The translations under genes and the position numbers were made by a program. The notes beneath the pieces were generated by a model, which was given only the letters and a program-made list of their open reading frames with translations, did no database searches and was not told where the DNA came from. 64,000 nt of DNA, from positions 65,337 through 129,336 of the forward strand of contig NW_003314439.1 of NCBI RefSeq assembly GCF_000143415.4. The letters run 5' to 3'. This DNA comes from Selaginella moellendorffii (lineage: Eukaryota > Plantae > Lycopodiophyta). Below are positions 1 to 12,960 of the stretch, one piece after another (position 1 is the stretch's first letter; each line of letters opens with the position of its first letter).

Positions 1-1079
1 TCGAGATGTTTGAGACTCGGCGGCCGATGTTTCAAGAATGCTTCTCTCAGCTGGCTATGGAAAGGACGCACAAAACTTGAGAAACTGGAGCCAGAGTCGA
101 GAATGACAACGGAACCCCGTGGTAAGAACACAAGCTCGTGGCTGTTAATACTCACTCCTTTCAGTGCTACGTGATAGAACTTCCTCTGGAGCTCGGAGTT
201 TGTGAGAGCAACGGACGTGTACTGAACTTGCTCGTGAGGGAGCTCTGCGTTCCCGAAGAAAACAACGCCGGTGGAATTCAAGTGCGAGCTCCTGTCGGGA
301 AAGCAGTGAGAAAACTTCCAACCAAACCGCTGGCCGAGCTGCATTGGAAGAGCCATCTTTCCAGCATTTAAGCCCAGGATACCAGACGCTCCAGTCGGAA
401 CGAGCTCCAAGTCGCCCTGTGCGCAGCCGAAAGCAAAGTCCTGCACAGTTACAGGTTTTCCTCCGACGACTGTCTCCATTATGAGAGTGTCGGTCGACAA
501 GCTCCCGTAGCTGAAGCTCCCGTCTCCGTAGAAGGCAGCGAACTGGCACTGGCTTCCTCGAGCGCAGTAAGCGTAAGTTCCTTGGCTGCTGTTCGAACAT
601 AGCTGACTGTTGTTACAGGTGACTGGCCTGTACGAGGCTGAGCGAGCAGCGTCGTAGATGGTGTCTACTGAAGGAGCACAGACCTTGCAAGGCAGACACT
701 GGAGCCAAGTCAGCTCGCTGCCCGTGTCGACGATGAGGATGGCTTCCTGGCCCGGCGAGCCGAGCTTGATACTTGTGTAGTACTCACCGAATTTCCGTCC
801 GAGAGTGGTGGTGGAGCTCCGGAGGGCCGCGGGGTTCTTCGTGTGCTGCTGAAAGATGTGAGCGGAGTATGGAAAAAGAGACTTTTGAGCAGCGGAGCTG
901 GGACTGGGATTGGCTTTCACTCGGGATTGAGGTGCTGCGACATGGATGGCTTTGAATCCGATCCCTCCGCCTCGAGCGGCGGAGTCTCGCAGCACCAACT
1001 TGGCATCGATCGAAACAGTAGCAACGGGAGAAGCATCGGAAATCCAGCACAGTAGCAGCAGCAGTAGCAGGATCATCAT
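1..1079 (-). CDS. A1-family (nepenthesin/CDR1-like) aspartic protease, 3' end outside the window
   Basis: Manual minus-strand translation from ATG 1079 gives a signal peptide (MMILLLLLLCWISDAS), then GEYYTSIKLGSPGQEAILIVDTGSELTWLQCLPC with the catalytic DTGS. The frame is missing from the ORF track, consistent with it running off position 1. Confidence 0.92.
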   Translation of the reverse strand, partial: MMILLLLLLLCWISDASPVATVSIDAKLVLRDSAARGGGIGFKAIHVAAPQSRVKANPSPSSAAQKSLFPYSAHIFQQHTKNPAALRSSTTTLGRKFGEYYTSIKLGSPGQEAILIVDTGSELTWLQCLPCKVCAPSVDTIYDAARSASYRPVTCNNSQLCSNSSQGTYAYCARGSQCQFAAFYGDGSFSYGSLSTDTLIMETVVGGKPVTVQDFAFGCAQGDLELVPTGASGILGLNAGKMALPMQLGQRFGWKFSHCFPDRSSHLNSTGVVFFGNAELPHEQVQYTSVALTNSELQRKFYHVALKGVSINSHELVFLPRGSVVILDSGSSFSSFVRPFHSQLREAFLKHRPPSLKHL

Positions 1080-1694
1080 TGAGGAGCGGAGAGGAGATCC
1101 AGGGCGCTTCTCGAAAGCTCTCGCTGGCGGGACTTTTATGTTCTCCGCCAAATGGTTGGCAACAAAGGAAGGACTTTGGGACCCAGAAGAACACGTCCGA
1201 GGCTTCCAGAATCAACGTTTCAACTAACTCGGCAGTGGTAAGAGCAGTGAAGTAAGATCGCTCATACTTAATGCGCTTGTGTCGTGTTCTCTGTTCTAGG
1301 AGCCTACGAGTTTGGATCGAATTCGTTAGCAATCTGAGAAAGATCCCAGGTAAGAAGTAGTCAATTGGATCTGCTCGTTATAATGTGTGATTGGTTTTTT
1401 TTTTTTTTTTTCAAGCGAAAAATAAGAACGAAGAGAGGAAGAAGAAGAGAAGAAGAAGAGAAGAAGCGAGCTCTGGACATTGGATTGGAATGGTGGAAGT
1501 CTCCAAATTTGATGCTATAGCCGACACTATAGAATGGAAGTCTCCTTTAAATTGTTTACTGGCATTGTTATGTATGGAAGTCTCTTATCTCGCTATAATG
1601 AGGTGTTCTTTCATGTCAATGGGCCACATTAGGGTTTTCAAATGCCGCGACGAGGAAGAGGAGGTAAGGGAGGGAGCTCGATTCGTCCTCGGCC

Positions 1695-2591
1695 ATGGCA
1701 GATCGGTTAGTCGCGGCATTATTGCCTTGTCCAGTGGCGGCGTCTTGCTCGTCTTCCGCCGCGCCAGTATCGTCGTCGTCGCATTGTTGCCTAGTTGCCC
1801 GGTCCAATTCGCATCGCAATTGGACTCGCTCGTTGCGCTTGGATCGGTCGTCGTTGCAGGGCCAGAGATTGGAGCTCCTGCAGTGCTGCTGGCAGCGAAG
1901 GACGAGATCTCGGCTATTAAAGGTACTGTTTGATTGTGTGTTGGTGGACTTGGTATGGTTTTTATCCTTTGTTTTCTCTTTTCCAGGTGAATGCCGCGAG
2001 AGGACCCGACGATGGAGTTAAGTGGTGGGAGAAGGACGGCGGTCCAAACATGAGGGACGTCCACTCCACGCAGGAGTTCATCGATGCGCTTGGGAGTGTT
2101 GGAGACAAGCTTGTCATCGTGGAGTTTTTCGCGACATGGTGTGGTTCTTGCAGAGCTCTCTATCCCAAGGTATGCTTGACCTTTCGCTCGTACATTTTCC
2201 AGAAATCTTTTTCTGTTTTCGCACAGCTTTGTAAGCTTGCTGAGGAACATAGAGACATAGAGTTCATCAAAGTGAATTTTGAGGAGAACAAGCCGATGTG
2301 CAAGCGCCTAGACATCAAAGTGTTGCCTTATTTCCATTTTTACCGGGGGGCTGAGGGTCGTGTTGATGCCTTTTCCTGCTCGTTGGCCAAGGTAAGACAG
2401 GGTGTCTAGCTTCTTTTCGTTTCGCTCTAAGGTGGTATGCTTTGTTCTTGCAGTTACAAAAGCTGAGAGATGCGATACAACTACACAACTCAGATCGGTG
2501 CAGCCTCGGGCCAACGCTTGGCGTTGGTGATTTGTTAAGTTCTTTGGCAAACACAAACACCCCTGATCAGGCTGCTACTGCTACTAGATAG
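1695..2591 (+). CDS. Atypical Cys/His-rich (ACHT/Lilium-type) plastid thioredoxin, 4 exons
   Basis: Exons 1695-1922, 1987-2169, 2227-2391 and 2454-2591 with GT-AG junctions. Ser-rich transit peptide, KWWEK motif, WCGSC active site, VLPYFHFYRGAEG, and RCSLGP in the C-terminus. Confidence 0.92.
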
Positions 2592-2838
2592 TGTGATTCT
2601 TTCTTCGTTTTGAGGTGAAGAGAGAGAGAGAGAGGGAAAAAAGATGAATGGATCATTTGGAATACTAAACGATTTGCATTTCACAGATTGGACGACTCCT
2701 CGAGCACCTCAAAGACAAGCAAGAAGCAGCCGAAGTAAAGCTAAGCAAGTTCACTATCTCGCTTCTATAAATATAACAACATTTTTTTCTGGCAAACTCT
2801 TCCTTGTTTATTACATACACATTCGGACGATCGCGCTC

Positions 2839-5223
2839 TCAGCTCGCCTGCTTCAAAAATATGCTGAAGAGATCATCCTGGTTAGCGCTACCGCTACCAC
2901 CCTCAACCTTTACAGGATCCACCACCATCGCCTGGTCCGTGAAACGATGGTCACTGGCAGCGGTAGCAACGTAAGGCCTGCTGGTTCCTGGCTCCGCTGC
3001 GAATCTGGCTGGCAAGACTCCAAAGACGGATCCATCGTGCTGACCCTGCAAGCTCAAGCTGGCCATCCTCGATCCAAAGCCGCGACTACTGGCACTACAA
3101 GTTTGCTGCTGCTGCTGAAAGTTAAGCAATCCACCGCCGAGTTGCTCGCTGCTCTTGGCGAAGAAAGGAAGAGCATGGTGGTGGCGGTGGTCCGAGCTAT
3201 AAGAAGAAGCGGACGGAGAAGTCACAAACGGACGATCGCCGTTTTGCTGCTGCTGGATCATCAAACTACTGCTGTTACTGCGATTGGAGGAGTTAGCCAA
3301 GGCGTACTGGTGCAGAGCAAACTCGTCCACCGGACTCCTTGGAGAGACCTGTTCCAAGCCATCCAGGGACACCCGGCTTGGAATGCTCATGAGCGGCGGT
3401 GGGACGACGGTGGTGGCGGCCGCTGCTTGGGGCCGGCTACTGAAGTATCTACATCCACCTTGAGACGCAACCGGCGACGCTCCCGACAGCTGCATCAACA
3501 CCGAGTGATCCACCAAAGTTGCTGCTGGTGCTGCTGCCCCTGTTCTTCCGAGGTTGCCTTGGATAGATGCGAGCGCAGTGGGGGACGAGTTTTGGAACTG
3601 TGCCGAGGGTGGTAGTGTTCTCATTTCGCCGAGCGCGTTGAGAGCTGCAAAGGAAGCGTCCGCAGGCGAGCAAAAGGTGACGGCGTGGCCGTTTGCTCCA
3701 GAGCCTTGAGGCTGGACACCACTCAGCCTCCTCAAGTAGAGCCGGTACTTCTGCAAGAGCGCAAGTGTGAGAACGCGAGGCAAAGCCGAGCTACAACCTC
3801 GTCATGGATTTGGAGCTCAGCTCCAACTCTCTCGCAACTCTCGCAACCAAGAAGCTCTCTTCTCTCGACGACGAGCTGGACATCTAAAGACTCGGAAAAG
3901 GAACTACGTGACTGAAACTATGCAAGCTGGTCGATAGTGGCGACGAGCTAAAGACCAAGAACCGGAAGAGTCGAGTACCTGGAGATGGCTGGCAACGTTC
4001 TCGCGAGTGAGGCCATGGACGCTCATACTCTCCAGAATCTTCTTCGGCACAGCTTCTGCCAAAAAACCAAGCTTCGTGAGCAAGGCCGAGAAGAAGAACT
4101 ACTACGAGAAGGCCGAGGAACTTACTATCAATCCCGAGCTGGTTCACGGCATTGACAAACTGCTGGTGGAGCTCCACCGACCAGACGACGCGCTGCTTCT
4201 TCAACGTGGAAGAGTCATCGTTGTCATGCTCAGCGGTCTCGTCGCCATCGTCTTTCCTCCGCTTGGCCAGCTTCCAGTTTGGATCGCCACCGCCGCCACC
4301 ATCGGAGTTAAACTCTCCCTCGTCGATGGTCGAGGCTCGCCTTTGCTGCTGGGAGGAGTGATGCTGCTGCTGCTGGTGATGGTGGTGGTGATTTCTCTCG
4401 CCGCCATCTTCGACGCTGCCAGAGGCCTCCACGTCCCGAGCTTCGTTGCGTTTCTTCCGGACGACATGCTGCCAGATGTTCCGGAGCTCCTCCGTCCTGA
4501 CCGGCTTGATGAGGTAATCGCAGGCCCCGTGGATGACACCCTTCATCACAATGCCGGTTTCTCCGTTCGAGGACGTCACTGCAAAGGTCAGAGCATTGTC
4601 AAGTTGTATGTCCTCTCATCTCATTTGCGAGTTCCAGGAGCTTTGGAGGAAGAACTTACTGATCACCGGGAGGTCCATCTCCAAGCCAACGTACTCCAGG
4701 AGTTTGAAGCCGTCCATGTCCGGCATGAAGACATCGCTGATCATCAAGTCGAATCTGTCCTTGTTCTCGCGGAGTAACGACAGCGCTTCGGTGGCTCTCG
4801 TACACATGGTAACTGTAGCAAGTCCAAAACAAACATTGGAGCAAATCTGTGAAGAACAACACGCTTCGACAATTCTACGTCAAAAAAGATCGCAGCTACA
4901 AGGATTCCGCTGGAGCTATGGACAGTTCTATACCACCCAATGGAAAAAAAAAGAAAAAAAAGAAAAAAAAACTATACAAAACGTAAGCGCGACACGAAAA
5001 GCGGAAGAAAAAATCACACAAATCCAAGCATGAAAGCGAGAAAAAGCTATGATCAAACGAAAGGAAGAAGCTTACCTTCGTAGGAGCATTTTCGGAGCAT
5101 CTGCGCGAGGATCCTGAGACAAGTTGGATCATCGTCCACGGCCAAGACTCGGAGACCCGCTGGGAATTTGCCCAAATCCTTGGCTTGCGGCATTGCGATC
5201 CCAGTCTTGTCCACGCCCACCAT
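2839..5223 (-). CDS. Type-B cytokinin response regulator (receiver + GARP/Myb), about 5 coding exons
   Basis: [33 protein letters not shown] (phospho-Asp), [26 protein letters not shown] and [17 protein letters not shown], followed by a Gln/Ser-rich C-terminus. Confidence 0.95.
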
Positions 5224-5595
5224 CTTTGTCCTCCCACAAGAACAAGAGAGAGAAAGAAGAACACGAGCAAAGGGTGCGGTGATCTTTGTCTGTCTATCGG
5301 ACGGAGCTCGTGAGGAGAAGAAGAAGACCCAACACTCCCATCTCAAGAACAAGCCCGGGAATGCAAGGAAAGAGAGTGGATCCGGGCATTTGACATCGAC
5401 CCACAAGACGATCGCAGAGAGCTCTCGCACTCTCTCCTACTGAAATTTAGGGCGCCAATGGCGAGAACTGGACGATCTCTTTTGGAAACTCCCAATCACG
5501 AAAAATCCACACGCGAGAGCCCCCGCGAGCGAGGGCGTTTTCGATTCGCCCGGCAAGAAAGAGAGGAGGAAAGAAAGCATGGATGGAGGATTTGG

Positions 5596-5617
5596 GCGAG
5601 CGAGCGAGCGAGCGAGC

Positions 5618-5646
<29 letters not shown>
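5596..5646. repeat. (GCGA)n plus (AG)13 microsatellite in the 5' region of the response regulator
   Basis: Read directly from the sequence. Confidence 0.9.
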
Positions 5647-5651
<5 letters not shown>

Positions 5652-8600
5652 GCGCACGAAGAAGAACTCCTTTTCTTCTTCCTCGCTAAGAATTCTCTCC
5701 TGGGACTAGATTACTCTCGCAACACTCTCCATTGGGTTCTATAAGATCTCGCAAAAACTAGTTTTTTTCTTCGTTCTTTAGGAGGAGTGGAATTGGAATG
5801 GATCGATCGGAATTGGATTAGGAGTAGTAAAACGGCCGAGGCGCAGGAGCAGCAGGAGATGGCGATGGCGTCGCTGTTGCCACTGTTGTCTCGTTCCTCA
5901 TGAATTTCTGGAGTTTCTTGCGAGAGAGGAGAGGAAGAGCACACAGGGAGAAGTCAGGTCTACACCTATAGCTCTAGCCAAGCAAGAAAAAAAAGAAGAA
6001 AACAAATAAAATATATTGGCCTGAAAAGAGGAGAAAGAGAGTTTTTTTTTTTAAAGGAGAAAAGAATCCGAAAGAAAACAAAAGCTCTGTTCGTTCTTGT
6101 TGGTGTTCGTTCGTACTGGCTGTTCTTCCCAGCTATGGTGGGAAAAAGGGGAAATTTTGGGGGAGAGGCGCAAAAGAAAAAAGAGAGAGACTGGAAATCA
6201 ATCAATGCAGTGCGTACCATCAATCGCTAAGACGGCGTCTTTATGGCCCAAAATCGCGGCTTGGCACAGTTTGCGCGAAACGAAAAGGGGGAAGAAAGAA
6301 CACATCGAGTACAAAAACAGAGTGCTCGGGCGATCTTCTCCTGGAGCGAATCGAGGAAAGAATCGAAGAGGGTAGAAAGAAAAACAAACGAGAGATTCAC
6401 CTCTCTCGTCCCCTTTCGCAATTGCTGCTCTTGGGTCGCGACGGCAAATTTTCGAATTGGGAGATCCTGAGAGAGGTCGATTGATTGATTGGCATTGTTC
6501 CAGTGAAATCTGGATGGATGGATTGTGTGTCAATCCAAATTCCGGTAAGGAAGCTGCCGATATGGCAGAAACTTCTGAGATTCTCCACTTGCAAGCAGCG
6601 CAGCCAACCGGGAGCTCTCCTTTATCCGGGCTCTCTTTTTTCACTTTTCTCTTTTGAGAGGAATGGGCAAAAAGAGTGAGATAAGAGCTGTCGAGCAGCG
6701 CAATTGGAGCTGCTGGGATTCCTGGCTGGCTGCCCAAGTTGGGAATTTGGGCGACAACAATCACCGCTCGGTGCTACGCTCCAGCAATCTAGATTCCATC
6801 CATTTTGCCTGGAGAAGAAAATTGGATCGATCAATCAAGTAGGGGCCAATGTACTGCTTAACTCCCCCGGGATAGAAAAAAGGGTAAAGTGGTGCGCGCT
6901 ATGCCGAGGATAAAGCTTTGTTCTTCCTTTCTTTCTTCTTTCCGGACGATTGTTGGGGGCGGCATTGCGGGCTGGAGGAGGAGATGCATTGATTGATGTG
7001 AAATCTTGTCTGCCGCGCTGTGGGGGCCAGGCGCTTGCGTGCTTCTCCCCAAGAACCGATTTAACCTAATACCTATCCACATTTCATTGTGAGAGTATGG
7101 TTCTCAAGCAATTGTTAATTAAATGTGTGCCAATTATGAGCCAAGCTTTCACCCAGTTACCCCCATCTGGCGGCTGCAGTTCTTTGATGGCTCTTTATAA
7201 ACAAATAAATAAATATAATTTAAATATATGTGGAAAGCTTCTGTTAAGGGTCATTATATTTTTAAATAATATTCTTGATTAGTATTATAGTTTTATTTAT
7301 AGAATTCATTCACAGTAGCCAAAACACTGATAAAATAATTTGACAAGTAAAAATTGAAGTAGAGACATGGAAAGTGAATATAAATTTCACCATTTTAAAT
7401 ATAATGGGATCTAATGGCCGTACATAAATAAGGTAGGAACTTGGGAATATTGACAAATGGGTTATTCAAGTCAAGTTAAAGAAAGATGCTTTGGTGGGCC
7501 ATGAAAATATGATTTCATAGGTTTTGTATATGAGTATATAACAATTAACTTTACAATGGGCAAATTCACCTTATGAATATGTTTATGCATTATAAAGAAA
7601 AAGGTATAAAATTATTATGACAGTACATGGGTGGAGCTCTCAAAATAGGATTTTTTACTGAAAATGATATTGCTCAAGCTTTTAATTGTATTATTTGTAA
7701 TTGTATATGGTGGAAAAATTTATTTCCTAAATGACTCTATTTATATGGGTATAAAACTATTGCAAAGAGATGAACTAAATATTTTTTCAAAATTAAGCTT
7801 CCTTGAGTGTTTATAACTTAAGTGGTAGAGTGTTATTAATTATTGTAGTTTTAGTTATTCTATAATATCATACTATAATTCACAAAAACTATTTTGAGAT
7901 GGTTAGTTATATTTCAATTTAAGTCATCTAATAAATTATGTTTTATTAAAAATTATTAGCTAAGCTTGCCAATAAACTATATTGTACATCATGAATTCAA
8001 ATTAACATCTTAGATTGTTGTATGGTCTAATCAACTTGAAAGCTCATTCTACATAAAACATTTCATATTATTATGAAGGAACTAAAGATTTTTAGGAGTT
8101 TAAAGAACTTTTAAATGCAAATAAACATTAGCTTCTAGGAAATTATATTATAAACATTGATCATGATCAAAAGCAAAAAAGCTTATACTTAGAAAGCTTG
8201 GAAGAATTATATAAACCTATTTTTGATAACATTCTTTTATCACTCTCTATAAAATATTAATCATGCATTAGTAGTAAGCTTCTTGTGAATTACTCTTTAC
8301 TCAGCTCATACCTGGCTGATCCAAATCAAAATGCAAGATCAATTACAATAAAACAACACCAAGACATTTAGAAGATAAGAAATAAATGGATTGCTCATAT
8401 AAAAGGCAAAAACTACTCTTATAATAAGGAAGAGTTAATCAACCCTATAGAACACAATGAACTAAAAAAATTGTGATTGTTATAATATTTGGAATAAATT
8501 GTTGAATGGAGAATGTGTGAAATTAAGTATTGACAATGCTAACACTCGTACTAATAAAATTTATACTATGATAATCAATCAGCTATTTCTTTAACACAAT

Positions 8601-8749
8601 AATCTAGTTTTTCACTCCAAGTCTAAGCATATAAGATCAGAACCTTAAAGCTTGTGTTGAGCACCAACAAAATTTATTTAGTATTTAAGAATATTTATAT
8701 ATATTTATATAAACATTTTTAAACACTAAATAAACTTTAACAAAATAAT

Positions 8750-10274
8750 TATTAAATTATAACTATTAGATCTATAACTATAAGAACAAAACCTTAAAGC
8801 TTATGTTGGGCATCAATAAAATTTATTTCTTGTACACAAAATAATAGGCAATAAAGTTTTGTAGCTAATAGACAATAGTTGATAATAAAAAACATAATTT
8901 ATTCACTCCTCTTTATAAAATGTCTGTTACAAAGTAATGCTCCAAGTTCTAAAATAAATTCCCTAGTTGTAATCATAAATATGCAAATTCCACCACTATC
9001 ATCTTTCAAATGTTACTTGAATTTTGTAAAATGTTACATTTATTCTTGAAAAACTTGCTTCTCCACAGCCAAAAATTAAAACAATTGAAACAAATTGTCA
9101 AACACTAAATCACTAACATCAATTCTCTCCAATTAAAACTCCTTATATTCCTTTATAAGAAAATTAATGAAACAATAGAGTTTACCATGTTGCTAATTCC
9201 TAAAATGTATATTTTCCAATTTTTTGTTACAAATTCATCCACTTCTTGTCACTCAAAAATGGATTTTAAGATCTTATTTAGTGAATGAATTTCAAATACA
9301 TATATATCTTATATTCAGAAGAAAAATAGTCATTATTTGTCCAAACATTATAAGTGGCATGGATTTATTTAGTCATGTTGAATATATTATAGATCCTTAC
9401 CAGTTTATAGGCTCTTTAAAAGGACCAAAAAAGCAGTCAACTTAGCTCTTCCCTAAGCCCACTTACCAATGGTGTAACATTTTTTTATGAAAGTAATCTC
9501 CTGGCTAAAGCTGTCTATATTGACTAGAAACAAGCTTAATTAAAAATATTATCCCTTTTGAGTTAGAACACTTGAAACTTCCTTTGACATTAAGCTTTAA
9601 AGTAAATGTTGATTATGAATTTGTTCTACTTCATTTTTAATTTGGTAGATTTAGAATCTCTTCAAACTTTCTATTTCTCTAATATGGGAATTTTCTTTCA
9701 AGTCAAGTAGTCGCCATTGATTATTTGACTAAATGGGCAAAAGCTATACTTATGAAATAGACCTTGTCTTAGTAAAAACTTATAAAGCTAGATGAAAAAA
9801 AATTATAAAAGGAACTAGCTTTTGATTAATTACAAAATCTTAAATATTAATGTTTAAATTACTATTAAAATGCTTGAAAATTTTATGTAGTAGAGCTGGG
9901 ATCCTAACTAGTTTTTATCTAAATCAAGAAGATGATCATACTATTTGCCTAGATAATACCCATTGTGGATAGAGTGCACTTGTTGTATGGCTTCCAATTT
10001 GGTAATTTGGCAGCACCTTGTGCTGGTTTGACTTCTTTGACTATGATGATGTCATCACAATTGTCTCATAAGAAAATGACCTTCACGAGGGCAGCATAAT
10101 TTGCAAAATCTCTTTTATACAAACTTCAATGCATTAGTGCCATTCTTGCTTGCCATATCAAATTGTACTTTGTAGCCTTTATCATACAAATTTTATATAG
10201 TGTATACTAAGTAAACTATCTAGGTGCCCAAACAGAAGCTTTATAGTTACAGATCTAATAGTTATAATTTAATA
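8750..10274. repeat. 34-bp inverted repeat pair (8750-8783 / 10241-10274, one mismatch) about 1.5 kb apart
   Basis: tattaaattataactattagatctataactataa pairs with ttatagttacagatctaatagttataatttaata. Similarity extends inward across an indel (aaagcttatgttgggca vs tgcccaaacagaagcttt). Confidence 0.75.
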
Positions 10275-11046
10275 GTTATCATGTTATAATAACACTTGAT
10301 TTGGTTTGATTAAAGGAAAAAACCTGTTTGCATATAAAGAGTTCACTTTCCCCTAGGCAACAATGATGGAGTTAGAGTCAATGACACCAATATATGATTT
10401 TGATTCCTAATTAGTAAATTTAAAAATCTAAAAATTTAGGAAAGGCTTTTAGAATGAATCTAGAGCTAGTATCATCACATTTATTTCTTTTTTTTAGAAC
10501 TAAATGATTCTCTAAAGCCACACAAGCTAGATAAAGTATTTCACTTGGGTAAATGTTCTCAACTTTGGTGACTATGCACTAGTACCCTTATACAGTAAGA
10601 TAAATTGAGAATGTGAAATTCATCTTACAAATCCTATTAATCTTCCTTCCAGAGGTATAGTTGAAGCAAGAACAATTAATAAATGCTATCATATTAAGTT
10701 CTATTGTGACCAATTTATCAGTGGCAAATTTTTTGTTTAAACTACAAGGCAATGTGCATGATAATGAAAATTATCCCTCACAATGCTATATATAATTTTA
10801 TTTACAGTTTTATATTTTTAAACTTATATATCGATATATAAAATCTAATTTAATAAAATATTTTTATTTTTACTTTTTTATCCATTTAATTTATTTTAAT
10901 AAGGTTTAACCAATAAAATATGGATTTTTCCATAATTAAGGTTTCTATTGAGAATTATGAAGAGTAACTTTGGCTTTTTATAGGAAAGAATGTGATTATT
11001 TCATCAAATTTTTTAGAAATAATTCTTTTGGAGTTTTTTGAATTCT

Positions 11047-11049
<3 letters not shown>

Positions 11050-11119
<70 letters not shown>
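11050..11119. repeat. (TA)35 microsatellite
   Basis: Read directly from the sequence. Confidence 0.98.
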
Positions 11120-11123
<4 letters not shown>

Positions 11124-12420
11124 TTTTAATCTTACCTTCCCTTTCAAAGCTGTTATAGTACTTTGGTCTCATTAGTTATATAATGCTTAAAAACACTAAG
11201 GTTTTTTTTTTCTTCAACTTTTTACTCTTTTCTTTCTACTTGTTGTGCTTTATTAAAAATAATAGTTTCCCACTGTCATGTATATAGTAAAATTAAAAGT
11301 TAACAATCCTATTTTGAGCTATCCACCTCACCTATGTCCTTTTTTATTTTCGCTACATAAGTTCAATCAGAAGGTAAATTTACTTATTCTAAGGTTAAGC
11401 CATTTTAGACAAGTAGTTGCAAAATGTTATTGCAAAAGAAAGTTTGTATAGTAATGGTTGGTTTCCATAGGTAGAATTTTTGGCTGTGATCTTTATCATA
11501 AAGCTTGCCTCACAACATAATAGGCAACATTTCACATGTTCAAATAAGAGCCTTTGCATGGCTTTATCAGTCAAATGAATAGAAGCCTTTAGAAATTCCA
11601 CCAGCGTAGTCCTCTCTCTTTCCAGCAATGTTTGAAATATATATATATAGCAAATGAGTGGGGTAAGAGAGAAAAGCAGCATCTATGCTGGCTAGATGTC
11701 CAAGTTGTGAATTTAAGCAACAACAATTTCTTCTAGTCCAGAAACCTAGATTCTATCTATTTTTTTTTCAAATTTTAAATATATCTCTAAATGTCATGGG
11801 AAAAGCAAGATCCTTACAACTGAAATTCTTGATTAGTAAGCCTTCCTTAGTTTGGGCATTTTGCATGCCTTGGTTATTTAAATCAACTTAAGAAAATATG
11901 TTTTGATCATAAACAAAGAAGATGAGTTTCTATGGGTTTTATGTGTTTGCAAATGTAAATTTTTCTGTCTAAGCATACATAGTTGATATGTGTTTCATAT
12001 TTTTTAGTTGAAAAAGAAGATGTTAGAAATGTCATTTACATTAATTGTTAATATCCAAATTAGAATTATAGTTCATATTTTATTTTGCAAATTGTGACTA
12101 TATGTTTTATTCAAATATTTTGTAGTTATTAGCGCGATTCACAATTATATACTTTCATTTTGGTCACTTTTAAAATCCCAAACTTATAAATTGAATGTTT
12201 TGGACAAGAAATCCAGCATAGCCCAAAAAGCTTTTGGATTTGTGAAATTCTTCAAAGAGTTACCAAGTTACTAAGTTAGCCCTAGTGCATCCTGGCTTGC
12301 TCACTAGGCACAACGCCGACATTTGCAATAGCACCCGTGGCACAGTGCCCAAACCTGTTTGATATCCTCCTCAGTTTTTCCTGGTAAAGTCTTAATCTCT
12401 TGAATAAGGACAACTTTGTA

Positions 12421-12960
12421 TCAAGGGTTGACGGAGCCATTTCCAGGACTGACTTTCGGCAAGTCGACCTCTACACGTTTGGACGCCGTTCCTTTGACAA
12501 GCGTGAACTTGAACAAAGAGAAAGGGCCTTTTTCAGCTCCAATCATCTCATTTGCTAGCCCGTAGATTGCCTCCATTACCATTCCTTCCTTGGTATCCTC
12601 CTTGATGTTTTCAGAGTCAGGAGAAGCAAATACCACGACCCTGTGTCCCAACGGCCTTGTACCACCAGTATACTTCTGATTTATTAGCTGGAAGCACAAT
12701 TCACAATTTTTGTTGGTAGAGTCCCTGGTCTGAAGATAAAATAGTCGAAGAAATGTCTCAGTGCTTATACTTGCGTGGTGTGATAATAACATACCAGATA
12801 AACATAGACTTCCCCACCCCCAGAACTCCTGTAACCTTTAGAAGCCTCGTGCACCTAACGAAAGGAGCCATCAGGTCATCAAAGGTTGAAGCATAAGAGC
12901 TCCTGAAGAACAGCGTCAAATTGATAGGCTCTCAAGTCCTCGAATTCGTCAAAGGCAATC
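12421..12960 (-). pseudogene. Crinkler/RHS-type P-loop NTPase gene fragment, frameshifted
   Basis: Manual translation gives LFFRSSYASTFDDLMAPFVRCTRLLKVTGVLGVGKSMFIWYVII (Walker A). After a frameshift comes HRVVVFASPDSENIKEDTK, which resembles the xxVxSSPxxxxxKE segment of CRN-associated NTPases. Confidence 0.55.

Larger units (their letters stand above)
7100..12200. other. AT-rich, CpG-depleted non-coding tract, probably decayed transposon DNA
   Basis: Abrupt compositional shift, almost no CpG, no credible ORFs, and internal direct and inverted repeats. Confidence 0.6.

Noticed and set aside
784-1332. 182-aa minus-strand ORF as the first gene
   Set aside because: Wrong frame. The protease frame starts at ATG 1079 and is absent from the ORF track.
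2644-4777. Plus-strand ORFs of 323 and 256 aa
   Set aside because: Antisense shadows of the GC-rich response-regulator exons, with no recognisable domains.
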